Of a stretch of 64,000 bases of DNA, positions 27,416 to 39,297 are shown piece after piece (position 1 is the first letter of the stretch; every line of letters begins with the position of its first letter). Made by a program: the position numbers and the translations under genes. Source of the stretch: Octopus bimaculoides (lineage: Eukaryota); assembly GCF_001194135.2 (NCBI RefSeq), contig NC_068987.1:4005993-4069992 (forward strand). The letters are read 5' to 3'. Under the pieces are notes generated by a model. It was not told the origin of the DNA. It searched no databases and saw only the letters and a program-made list of their open reading frames with translations.

Positions 27416-27694
27416 TTTATAAAATAAGGTTAACCAATTTTTTTTTACATCTTTTCCCTAAATGCTTAACTTGAAAACGGTATTTCTTATAACATGTGAC
27501 ATATTAATTAAAAGTACACCAAAATTTCTATGTTTGATCTGCAGCGTATCTTGATGTCATAAACATTGAAAACAACAAATTTAGGTCATCTGTTTGTTTC
27601 TTTTATTCGCTGCCCTACAATACATTATATATCAAACTCATTACTGTTTCTTTCATTAAAATAATTATGATTTTTTTGTTCCTTTATGTTCAAG

Positions 27695-27807
27695 GTCGCT
27701 ACAATGACAGCCAAGTTCTGTCAGAACTGGTATATTCGGCCTCCAGACTTATGGTTATGTTGAATGACATAATATTGCAACAGGCGGTTAAAATTGTTCC
27801 CAAAGTG
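27695..27807 (+). CDS. PEX16: PEX16 coding exon 2 (GRYNDSQVLSELVYSASRLMVMLNDIILQQAVKIVPKV)
   Basis: Acceptor ttcaag|, donor |gttagt; matches the PEX16 motif SELVYSASNLLVLLND; phase 1 to 0. Confidence 0.95.
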
Positions 27808-29145
27808 GTTAGTATTTTGTCACGTTCTTTGCTAGTGTCATCATCATCTAACGTTCGTTTTCCATGTAGGTCAGACAGTTTGACAGGATCCAATAAGCTG
27901 TAGGACTGCATTGTGCTCCATATCAGATTTAATATGGTCTCTGTAGCCGGATGCCCTTCCTAACACCAGCCACTTTATAGTGTGTACTGGGTCTGGTCCT
28001 TTTTTTTGTGTCATCGGTATTTGTGAGGTTACCCTTCATCATTATCATCATCATCTTTTAACATTGATTGTCCATGCTGGCATGTTTTGGATGGCTTGAC
28101 CAGGGCTGGTAAGCTGAGGAGCTGCACCAGACTTCAGTCTGATTTGGCATGGTTTCTATAGCTGGATGCCCTCCCTAACACCAACCACTCCGATAGTGTA
28201 GTGGGTTCTTTTACGTGCCACAGCATGGGTGCCATTTGCATGACACCAATGTCCACCACGACTATGATTTCACTTGGCTTGATGGATCTTCATTCTCAAG
28301 CACAGCATATTGCCAAAGGTTTTGGTCATTTGTCATTGCCTCCATGAGGCCCAATACTGAAAAGGTGCATTTTATGTGCCACCAGCACAAGTGCCAGTTA
28401 CACAACACTGACATCAACCACATTGCCTCCATGAGGCCTAACATTCAATAGGCAGCTTTTTATGTGCCACTGGCACAGGTGTGAGTTATGCTACACTGGC
28501 ATTAGCCACATTGCCTCTGTGTGACTTAATGCACAACAAATGCTTTTAACTTGCCACCGGTATGGGTGCCAGGTACACGACATCTGCACCAGCCACATTG
28601 CCTCTGTGAGGCTCAGTGCACGACGGGTGCCTTTTACATGTCACCAGCACAAGTGCCAGGTATGCGACACCAGAAGATCCCTACTATGTATGGGTTCTCC
28701 TTCAAAATTTGATCTCCCTCCTGAATGAAAATGATTTAGCATCATGGATAGTTGTTGCCCTCCACAGGTTGATGAGAAAATTTGAGCTTGGTACTTCCTG
28801 CAAATGAAATACTCCTCTATTTGGGGTGGTGAGTACAGCCCTTGAGTTTGCTAAAAAAAAAGAAACCCACCCCCCATACAGGCTTATACAGCTGATCTAA
28901 AAGTGCTGCCCATGACAGACAGACACCCCCCCTTTCTCCATCAGCTATGCCACTGCTACGAGTGATTCCATGCCTATCAGTTGGGTGGACCTTTCCTGGG
29001 TGTGATCAATCAGTGGACCCTTTTCTGGATGCAGTCTAAAATGGTTCTGCAGGAATTTGTTTTATCCTAAATTATAATGAAGCTGATGTGAAGACTTGTA
29101 ATTGTTTAAACCTTACAAACTTTTATCTTTTTGGTGATATTTCAG

Positions 29146-29279
29146 CCTTTGTCACATGACCGTATAATGCGATTATTGACTGTCCTGGAATACACAGAAG
29201 TGTTTGTTGAACTTGCAGTGAAGAAACTCTGGGGTGAGGTCGGCCGATGGATTGTAATTACAGTTATTCAGTTAGCAAA
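29146..29279 (+). CDS. PEX16: PEX16 coding exon 3 (PLSHDRIMRLLTVLEYTEVFVELAVKKLWGEVGRWIVITVIQLAK)
   Basis: Acceptor tttcag|, donor |gttagt; matches [32 protein letters not shown]; 134 nt, phase 0 to 2. Not in the ORF track. Confidence 0.96.
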
Positions 29280-29745
29280 GTTAGTTGAATAACATTTATT
29301 TTCTTACTACAATGTGAAAACAAAAAGTTGTTAATTATAAACATGTTTGTTTATTTCTTATTTTACCTTTCCAAAAAATAATTAATTTAAATGGATTCTC
29401 ACATGATGAGAATGAAAGATAATTCTCTCAAAATAAATTACTCTTAACTTTGCTTGATCTCCAAAATAGTTCCTGGAAGAACTAGGACAGGTCAGGGTTA
29501 TATTAGAGACTTGTGCCCTGTCTTATCACTAATGTATATATACTGCCAAGGGGAAATTACAGGTATGTTAATCCAGGGGATAATAATAAAGGTAACAGAA
29601 TTAATTAAAAAAAAAAATTTTATGTCATCTATTTCCAAAAGTGAAAGTAACAACGGAGTGTTTGTGCAGCTTGGGCTGAGTAAATATAACCGGGTATTTT
29701 TATATGAGCACTTCATTATTGTTAATGATCTTTTAAAATGTTTGA

Positions 29746-29967
29746 CCCTTTAGCCTTCAGAATCCTCTACCAAATGTAATGCTTATTTATACATTGTTTT
29801 CAGTTAATCATGCTTTATCTCGTAGCTTTGAGATTTCAGTGATGTGATTTGTATATTTTTAGAATGGCATTGTAAGGTAGGTGTGAGATGCCAGATGTGG
29901 CCAGTTTGAACATAAAACAGGTAGAATATTTGGGCGGCCAGATATGGTTGGTTTAAATGCTAAAGAG
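29746..29967 (+). mobile_element. TTAA-type MITE, family 2
   Basis: CCCTTTAGC...GCTAAAGAG-TTAA inverted termini; a diverged copy of the same body lies at about 334-547. Confidence 0.6.
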
Positions 29968-30818
29968 TTAATCATCATCATCATTATCATCATTTTACGT
30001 CTGCTGGTATGGGTTGGACGGTTTGACTGGGCTGGCACACAGGAAGGCTACACCATTTTATCAAAGAAAATTCTAATTTGCAACTAAGTGAGAATAATTA
30101 CTGATTAAATACTGTCAATTGATGGAGTGAATTTTAGGGCTTATAAATCTAATATTCTCCTATCCTTCCTTAATACCGGTTCCCATATACTACTCATATC
30201 TACACTTGGTCTGCTTAGGAGGTTGTTGTGTCCTAGCAAACCAGATGAGGACAAATATCCGTCAAATGTAAATAATTCCTCATCTCTCAAATATAGAACT
30301 GTATTACCCAACCTTGTTTTAATTAATTTTGAAAATAATGAAGAATTTAGTAAAATAACTTTACTGTTATTCAGCAAGTGTTTGAAATATAGATCAACAT
30401 GAAATTTTGATGGAAGATTTGATTTCGCACGCCGGGCGAAATGCTTAGTGGTATTTCGTCTGCCGTTAGGTTCTGAGTTCAAATTCCGCCGAGGTTTACT
30501 TTGCCTTTCATCCTTTTGGGGTCGATAAATTAAGTACCAGTTACACACTGGGGTCGATGTAATCGACTTAAGCCCCTTGTTTGTCCCCTCTATGTTTAAC
30601 CCCTTGTGGGCAATAAAGAAATAAGAATCGTTAGCATGCCAGGGAAAATGCGTTTTGTCTGCCTTTAGGTTCTGAGTTCAAATCCTGTCGAGGTCAACTT
30701 TGCCTTTCATCTTTGGGGGTTTGATGAAACAAGTACCAGTTGACCACTGGAGTCAATGTAATGAACTTAGCTCCTTCCCCAAAATTGCTGGCCTTGTGCC
30801 AAAATTTGAAACCATCAA

Positions 30819-30927
30819 TCATCACCATCATCATCATCACCATCATCATCATCACCACCATCATCATCATCACCATCATCATCATCACCATCATCATCAT
30901 CACCATCATCATCATCACCATCATCAT
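30819..30927. repeat. (CAT/CAC)n microsatellite
   Basis: Directly visible; source of the poly-H and poly-M artefact ORFs. Confidence 0.95.
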
Positions 30928-31080
30928 TATACTTTTTGAAATTTTACATTGTATTTAATATCACGAATGATATTGAATTTATTATTTTATTTTCAAAGAA
31001 AAGAATTAGTTTTGTATTTGGTAAATCTTATTAATTTACATTAATGGTCTAATTTGTTTTTATTTTGTTCTTAATCACAG

Positions 31081-31192
31081 AGCTGTACTACGATGCCTTT
31101 TGTTAATCTGGTACCAGGCTGGAATACAAGCAACACCACCCATCAGTCCAATTGATCGGGACATTCTGATGATGTCTTCTAAGAAACTTGAT
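31081..31192 (+). CDS. PEX16: PEX16 coding exon 4 ([37 protein letters not shown])
   Basis: Acceptor tcacag|, donor |gtaagt; matches [26 protein letters not shown]; phase 2 to 0. Confidence 0.95.
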
Positions 31193-33613
31193 GTAAGTCT
31201 TCTCTGTTAAAAGTCTACATTAAAACATGTTGTAGTAAAAGACATGTCTTTATTATACGACTGTTAACTGCATCACAGTCATCATCATCATCATCATCAT
31301 TTCTTAATCAGAATATGATATTGGCCTTTAGTTTGGTTCTGTAAGTGCAGACATGGCTGTGCGGTTAGGAAGGTTGTTTCCCAACCACGTGATCTTGGGT
31401 TCAGTCCTATTCTATAACACCTTAGGCAAGTGTCTTCTATTACCCTGGCTTAACCAAAGTGTTGTGAGTGAATTTAGTAGATGGAAACTGAAAGAAGCCC
31501 TTGCCTGGTGCAGCCATCTGGTTCGCCAGTCCTCAGTCAAATCGTCCAACCCATGCTAGCATGGAAAGTGGACGTTAAACGATGATGATGATGTATAGAC
31601 ACACACACTCACATACATACATATATTCATATATGTATGTTTATGTGTAGCTTTGTCTAGACATCTCATGATGGTTAAAAATGTGTCTTATCATTATACA
31701 AGAGAGATTGTAGGACTCGTAACAGAACAAAAGAACCAGTTTAACCTGGTTTCCATGGTGTATAAGTGGTAACATTCTCTCTGAACAGGACGCTAGTCCC
31801 TCACAGGGTTAACTCCTCTGGAACTCATTTGCAGCTGAGGGGACCGGAGCAACAGGAAATGAAGTGTTTTGCTCAAAGGCACAATTCATCGTCCAGGTTG
31901 GGAATTGAAACCGTGTTTTTACGATCGTGAATGCAGCATCCTAAACACTAAAACCACAGAACTTCTGTGTACCAATTTTGAGTCTATGAATTAGAGACGG
32001 CATTCCATGATGCTGATATTGGTTATTAACTTTTTCCAAGAACCTTCATGGCAAAAAAAAAAGGATAAAATATAATATAAAGGAGTTATTTCCCTTGATC
32101 ATAAGTTTTCTTGTGCTCTGATTAATCCATTAACTGCCAATTTTTTTAATTCACATTTTTTGAATTTGCCAGGTGTCTTATGAGTTAAAGTAATATTTCG
32201 TATTTAAATTTTCTTCATATGTGAATTGTTTTGGAAATTATGATAAATTTTTCGAAAAGTCCCAAATGGAGATCACTGAAAAAACAAGCATATTTATCCT
32301 TTTCTATTCAATTGCAATAATAAACATTTTAGTTTTTTTGGAAACTGTAGTATCAAATGCGAAGGTGTATGAAATATCAATCAATGATATAAATGGGAAA
32401 TGCAAAAAAAAAACGAAAAAAAATACGTTTTCAAATCAGTCAATATTTTTGTAATTCAAAAATTACGATTTATGACATAAAATGTCCTCCAGAATTAACC
32501 AGAGCTAATAATGACAACCTTTAACAACTAAATATTGTTAAACACACCTCTGCAAATGCAATGTCCATAAGCAATTCCCTTTAACTACAAAAAACAACCA
32601 ACAGTGAGACTATTTTTAGCAGATCCCCAAAAGGGTTGAATGAATCAAGCTTACAATATTTTGGTTGAACTAAGCTTACAGTGTTGATCCAATAGAATTA
32701 ATTACATGGAACTTGTAAAGAACAAAATCAAAGTTTAATCTTGCTATTTTATTCACATTCATTTATTCCATTAAAAAAATGGGTTTCTCAAAAAATGTAG
32801 TGATTCTCACTGACTACTTTTGTAGGCGTACTTCAGTCAGACCAGTTCATTCTATCACATTTCAAATTGTGATCTTTAAAGAACCATGGACGAGGCAGAT
32901 TTTTCTTGTTGCCAATTCTCACCCGTTTCCATGTGAAGTAACAGTTGTCTGTGGCCAGACATGTTTTCATGGAAGATTGAAAATGAAGGACTCTCTGAGT
33001 GGTTGGCGTTAGGAAGGGCATCCAGCTGTAGAAACTCTGCCAAATTTAGATTGGAGCCTGGTGTTGCCATCCGGTTTCACCAGTCCTCAGTCAAATCGTC
33101 CAACCCATGCTAGCATGGAAAGCGGACGTTAAACGATGATGATGATGATGATGATTGCTTGCATGACATGACACTTGTTTACAAATATCACAGGATGTCA
33201 CAACAAGGACACACTAACACTCTCTCTCTCTCTCACATACACAGTATGAGCTTCTTCCACTTCCTGTCTACCAAATTCACTCACAAGGTTTTGGTTGGCC
33301 TTGGGCCAAAGTAGAAGACGCTTGCCCAAGGTGCTTGGCAGTAGAACTGAACCTAAAACGATGTGGTTTTGAAGCAAACTTCTTACATAGCCACACCCGT
33401 TTCTATATTTCCATTTAATTTTCAACCAATAAAAAATTTCTGATTTCTCTCTCTCTCTCTCTTTCCTTCCTTCCTTGACAAAAATTGTTATTAATTCCTA
33501 ATTACTTTCCTTCTCATTACAAGTTCAGTTTCAATTAGCTGAATTTTACTTTTGGCTCATTATATAGCGCACGAAAGATAAATGATGAATCTATTTTATC
33601 CTGTTTTCAATAG

Positions 33614-33707
33614 TTAGTGGTTGAAAATCTGATGACAGAAAAAACTAAAAGTAAAGACACATTTGTCCTGAAACGTTCAGGTAAACCAATGAGGTCATTA
33701 AAGGCAG
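33614..33707 (+). CDS. PEX16: PEX16 coding exon 5 (LVVENLMTEKTKSKDTFVLKRSGKPMRSLKA)
   Basis: Acceptor tcaatag|, donor G|gtaaga; contains the basic KRSG..RSL motif (human YVGKRSNRVVRTL); phase 0 to 1 bridges exons 4 and 6. Confidence 0.88.
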
Positions 33708-34176
33708 GTAAGAAATGTTTGGAATCTCATATAATAAAACAATTAAGTGACAAGAAATGTTTAATTGGATTTTGATATATAATGACAATTGAATAATTAT
33801 TTGTTTTGTTAAAGTTTGTTTAAAAGATGTAAACATCACTGTTATGCAAATTTTACAAATAGATTTTATGTAATGATTAAGATAACGAGCTGGCAGGATC
33901 GTTAGTGTGCTGAGCAAAATGTTTAGTGGCATTTCTGCCATCTTCATATGTTCTGAGTTCAAATTTTGCCAAGGTCAACTCAGCCTTTCATCTCTTTGAG
34001 GTTCATAAAATAAGTACCAGTTGAGGGTCAGTGTAATTGTCTTATCCTCTGCCCTGAAACTGCTTGCCATGGTACTCCAGCTGCCACTCAGCTGCCAGAG
34101 ATGAGGTGTACCTGTCATTCAAAAAGGCCAACCTTGTCACATTCTATGTCAAGCTGATTCTTCTTGAGAACGTTTA

Positions 34177-34396
34177 CCCTTTTGTTACCAACCCAGCAGA
34201 AACTGCCCCTGGCTCTGAGTACAAAAGTCTTGTTTCATAAGTTTTGAATTAAAATCTTCCACCAAACCTTAGTCACAATTTATGTTCCTAACACAAGCTT
34301 AATGATAACTAAGCTATTTTACTAAATTCTTTGTTATATTTAACATTATTTGAAAGAAACACAGAGCATCTCAAAAGAAATATGGTAATGAAAGGG
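34177..34396 (-). mobile_element. piggyBac-like MITE family 1 copy
   Basis: CCCTTTTGTTACC...GGTAATGAAAGGG-TTAA; body is the reverse complement of 1981-2200. Confidence 0.68.
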
Positions 34397-34695
34397 TTAA
34401 AATATATAATAGAGAAACAATTCTTAACCCTTTTGAGACCAACCTGACTGAAACTTATAATACTTTCCCTGAATGGGAAAGTATTATAATCACAATCACC
34501 TATACACCCTGGGGACTGAGTCAAACTCTGGCTTTATGAGTCCTGAGTCTAAGTAAGTAAATAACATGAAAACACTCTTCATTGAGTCCATTGCTTATGG
34601 GATACACAACAATGAAATGTTATTTTTAAGAAGGGGGATCAATCAATCATGATTTCATATTAATAAGTATCTAAAATTTCTATTTTAATTTGTAG

Positions 34696-34836
34696 CACCA
34701 AACGAAAACTGTAGAACATGGGTTCTTCCAGAAGCTGAAGACATTGAAAAGAAATTGTTTTTGTATAAACCTTCAAAGCTGACGCAGACACAGATGCTGG
34801 CCGAGTTTATACACATATCACGACCATTAGTCCATA
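34696..34836 (+). CDS. PEX16: PEX16 coding exon 6 (APNENCRTWVLPEAEDIEKKLFLYKPSKLTQTQMLAEFIHISRPLVH)
   Basis: Acceptor ttgtag|; matches the IAEFLYIARPLLH motif; ends at the U12-type donor |gtatccttt; phase 1 to 1. Confidence 0.93.
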
Positions 34837-36053
34837 GTATCCTTTCAAAGAAATGCTTTTGTTCTCTTTTTATCCTGTCCCATTTTGCTGACATTGAATG
34901 ATAATGGCCAATAGTCTTGTACAGTGAGCAGATGTGTCATTTGAATCTTTGTCAGACATCATAGCATTTCTTTATCCACATTCGATTGTATTTTGATTCA
35001 TTGGCTATAAACTGAATTAAAGTGTGGTTGTTTGACTATGAAGCCGGCTTCCCATTGTGCAATGTTTTAGGTAAGTCTCTTCTATTACTAACCAATGCCC
35101 TGTGAGGGAATTTGGTCGATGAAACAATTGTGTGTGTCTCTGTGCCTGTGTTTCTGATCCTCCTGCCACTTGATAACCGGTGTTGATTTATTAAAAAAAA
35201 ATAATATTAGTATCTTAGTCAATTCACAGTTAGACAAATTCACTGTATGGACAATGATAAGACATATTATATATCAGAATTTTCCCAAATAATAAAAAAG
35301 AAAAAACCGATCAAAGGTTTTATAAAAAAATTGAATTGACATATCTTTATTCAACGTCAAACATCAAAAAACAAGACAAAGTCATTTAAAACGACATTTT
35401 GTATTGCGATGTTTCCTATCGTAAAAATGTCTACAGTGGTATTTCCTATAACCCCAGTTCTCTTTATGAAAGAATATACTTATCTTCTATCTATTTTTCT
35501 TGCGTAATATTCATCATCACCATCATCATTGTCGTTTAATGTCTGCTTTCCATGCTGGCATGGGTTGGACGGTTTGACTGAGGACTGGCCACACTCAAAA
35601 GGAGTTTTTATGTGCTACCTACACAGGAGCCAGTCTGGCGGCACGGGCAGCGACCATGCTCGAATGTTGCTTTTCACGTGCCACCGGCACATGTACCAGT
35701 AAGGCGACACTGGCAATGGTCACACTCAGATGGCACTTTTAACGTTCCACTGGCACGAGTGCCAATCAGGTGGTACTGTCATTGGCCATGTCAGTGATTT
35801 TGATTTCGTTATTTTATGAATTTCAGCAGTTTATACAAATCTTGTTGTTGTTGTTGTTTAGTTCCTGGTCATCCCTGATGAAGCAAAAACGTTTTAACTA
35901 CAATCATCAGATGACACACATTTAATAACTCGTCACTGTTACATCAGTAACACAAGGGCTGCCCAGGGTGGCACTGAATCTGGCCATACCACTTTGGTAT
36001 GTTTCACTTCTGCTTTTTTTTTTATTTGATTTCATTCCTTAACAGATTTCTAG
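34837..36053 (+). other. U12-type (minor spliceosome) GT-AG intron, PEX16 intron 6
   Basis: 5' splice site GTATCCTTT at 34837-34845; branch site TTCCTTAAC at 36035-36043, 10 nt before the 3' AG; essentially no polypyrimidine tract in between. Exon phases on both sides fit. Confidence 0.93.
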
Positions 36054-36126
36054 TTCTCCTATTAAGTTGGAATGGTAAAAAGTCATGGAAGCCATGGATG
36101 AGTTCTTGCTTAATGGACATTGTTAG
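36054..36126 (+). CDS. PEX16: PEX16 coding exon 7 (ILLLSWNGKKSWKPWMSSCLMDIVS)
   Basis: Acceptor ttctag| preceded by TTCCTTAAC; matches GQRSWKPWLLAGVVDVTS; donor |gtgaga; 73 nt, phase 1 to 2. Confidence 0.95.
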
Positions 36127-36736
36127 GTGAGACTTATTTATTTTCTCTCATTTTCCATTCTACATTCCATTCAAAATCATTCATGGCAGTGGATATACAA
36201 TGCTAACATAAAAGACAGGCAGAACACAGTGAATTAAGCCATTGGACATCAGTTATATATATATATATATATATAGTGTTTCATCTGTCTTTATGTTCTG
36301 TGTTCAAATTCTGCCGAAGTCAACTTTGCCTTTCATTCTTTCGGGGGTTGATAAATTAAGTACCAGTTGCGGACTGGGGTCGATCTAATCAACTGGCCCC
36401 CTCCCCCAAAATTTTGCGCCTTGTGCCTAGAGTAGAAAAGAATATTTCTGTGTGATTGTTTACAAGTTGCATGCTCAAGTATGAACATTGTGATAATTAC
36501 ATATATCTGAGTTTTCTGAAACAGCTGTCGAGTTAAGAAATTATGTATTCTCTTCTTAGCATCCTATATATTTTATGCTCTATGTGAATATATTTGTGTG
36601 TGTGTGTTTATCTTTCTGAATATGTGCAAATGTGTCTGTCTATCTGCCTCTCTGTCTCTCTCTCTCTCTCCTTTCGTGGGCATCGGTACCATTTTCCTCT
36701 TTCTCCGTTCTTCCATTCTCCGAACTTTCCATCTTT

Positions 36737-36763
36737 CCGACGAAGGGCTACGCCCGAAACGTC
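36737..36763 (+). ncRNA. Degenerate minimal hammerhead-like motif in PEX16 intron 7
   Basis: CCGACGA-A-GGGC tac GCCC-GAAAC-GTC; U4 to C change in the core; helix I poorly paired. Confidence 0.35.
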
Positions 36764-36941
36764 ATACACTCTCTCTTTCCTTTCCTGAGCGTCCAATAAT
36801 ACTATCCATATCACGTCCTCACTTTGTTGTTTTTTTGTTTTTTTGTTATTGTTTTTTTGAACTATATATATCTATATATATATATATATATGTATACATG
36901 TTTGATTTATTTATTTGATTTATATCTACTTATATTTTCAG

Positions 36942-37061
36942 TTTATACGTTATGGGTGATCTAAAAGATTTAAATCCAACTGAACGGACTGAGTTGAAAC
37001 GAAGGACTTTCACACTGTTTTATTATTTGTTAAGATCACCATTCTATGACAGATTTTCAGA
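36942..37061 (+). CDS. PEX16: PEX16 coding exon 8 ([40 protein letters not shown])
   Basis: Acceptor tttcag|, donor |gtaagt; contains the hallmark ELxRR...[13 protein letters not shown]; 120 nt, phase 2 to 2. Confidence 0.97.
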
Positions 37062-37203
37062 GTAAGTATTGTTTCTCAAATATTACTTATTAATGGGTGT
37101 AAGCAATACACGTGGCTTTGGGTTCAATTCCACTGTGCAGCACCTTTGACAAATGTCTTTTACTTCTTCCATATCCCCAGGCCAACTGAAACTAAAAGAA
37201 GCC

Positions 37204-37265
<62 letters not shown>

Positions 37266-37679
37266 TACTGTCTCCTTGTCTTGAAATCAGGTACTTGTTG
37301 TAAACAAGTGTCACCTTTATACAGGTGGTGTCATTCAGAACCAATCTTATGTGAAAACATGTCCAACCATGGGGTGGGGAGAAAATATTAAAATATTGCT
37401 TTATTTGGAAACAGGTGAGGGTTGGTAACAGGAAGGGTTGACTCTTGCATTGAGTCTTGCATTGGGAGACAGAGTACAGCAGCCCCGCCCCCTCAACACA
37501 AGTGTTTCATCCTAAATATTTCTCATGCATTCTCTTCTCTATTTCTCTGAATGACTCATTCTCCAAAACCTACATTTGTACATTTGTCAAGCTCCAATAT
37601 GTGGTGGATCAATGTTATGAATTATTGATTTGATAACTATTTGATTTTTGATTTTGATTTTCTTGTCTATTATTTCCAG

Positions 37680-37744
37680 AGCAAAGATCAAGATTTTATT
37701 GAAAGTATTTGGTGATAGCATTCCTGGGTTGAGCCATTTTACAA
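37680..37744 (+). CDS. PEX16: PEX16 coding exon 9 (AKIKILLKVFGDSIPGLSHFT)
   Basis: Acceptor ttccag|, donor |gtaagc; corresponds to [21 protein letters not shown]; 65 nt, phase 2 to 1. Confidence 0.92.
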
Positions 37745-37817
37745 GTAAGCCTTTAAATTACTACATCTTAACACATTTTCCTTACATGCATATAACTGTT
37801 ATTGCTAGCAGCAGTAG

Positions 37818-38275
<458 letters not shown>

Positions 38276-38934
38276 GCGAGAATTTACAAAAAACAAAAGA
38301 CGAAGATGGGTGTGCAAACAACAAACAGATGTATTAGTTTAACGCTCGGGAAGTGAGAAAGTCTTTTATGTTTCGAGCCTTCGCTCTTCAACAGAAGGGA
38401 AAAACAGAAATAAACAGGGAGAGAAAACAGAAAAAGGTATAGTGGCTAGCGATCTATCACGGTGAAGTACTACTTCTACTACTACTACAAACTATCTATC
38501 TAATGTCCATATTTTCCCTGCCTGTATGGTTCAACAGGATTCGGTGAACCAGAAGACAATGTAAACCTCCAGTGTCCACTTTGGCACTGTTTTTGCTGCT
38601 TGGCAGTTTGATGTGCAAAAACCAGTAGAATGGGGTACCACAGTTGAAAAACTTGGTGCAGAATACTGTCTCACAAGGTCTCATCTAACTCATACTAGCA
38701 TGAAAAAATGGACATAAAAGTGTTGTTGTTGATGATAATATATATATATATGTATATGTGTGTATATATATTGTGAAGGGGTTGGTTATTTAACTGTTTG
38801 TGTTCAAAGCTTTGATTTGCTGACCCTTATTTTCAAAAATGTAGTATGGAGATGGACTTAGGCAATGGTAGAAATAAAGGGCCATGCTGTATACTTGAAT
38901 TGAATAGTAGCCCGCGCTCTTAACCACTACACCA

Positions 38935-38980
38935 TATGCCTGATGAAGGCTGGAGGGTATATCAGCCGAAACGTTGTGTT
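38935..38980 (+). ncRNA. Minimal type I hammerhead ribozyme-like motif at the end of a Penelope-type repeat fragment, in PEX16 intron 9
   Basis: CTGATGA (38940-46), extra A, stem II GGCTG/CAGCC, GAAAC, GTT triplet; helix I ATGC/GTGT with two wobble pairs; palindromic AACGTT in place of helix III. Confidence 0.6.
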
Positions 38981-39128
38981 AACAACAAACAAGATGAGGA
39001 CAAGTATCCGTCAAATGTAAATAATGTACATAATTCCTCATCTCTTAAATTATAGAACTGTAGACATTTAATGTTTCGTTATGTTTCGTCTTAATTGATA
39101 TATTTAAACATTTTTTATCTCTTTTCAG

Positions 39129-39190
39129 ATCCTTTGATTTCCTACATTCCATATTGGCAAAAGGTCTATTTCTACCTGTGGTCCAGCTAA
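39129..39190 (+). CDS. PEX16: PEX16 terminal coding exon (NPLISYIPYWQKVYFYLWSS*)
   Basis: Acceptor tttcag|; matches the C-terminal PLMDYLPTWQKIYFYSW; TAA at 39188-39190. The spliced CDS totals 1029 nt (342 aa plus stop). Confidence 0.95.
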
Positions 39191-39232
39191 ACAATCACAT
39201 TCACTTGTTTGTTGTTCAATGAATGTGGTGTG

Positions 39233-39297
<65 letters not shown>

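Noticed and set aside
30694-30958. Poly-His, poly-Met and poly-Ile ORFs
   Set aside because: (CAT)n microsatellite tail next to a SINE.
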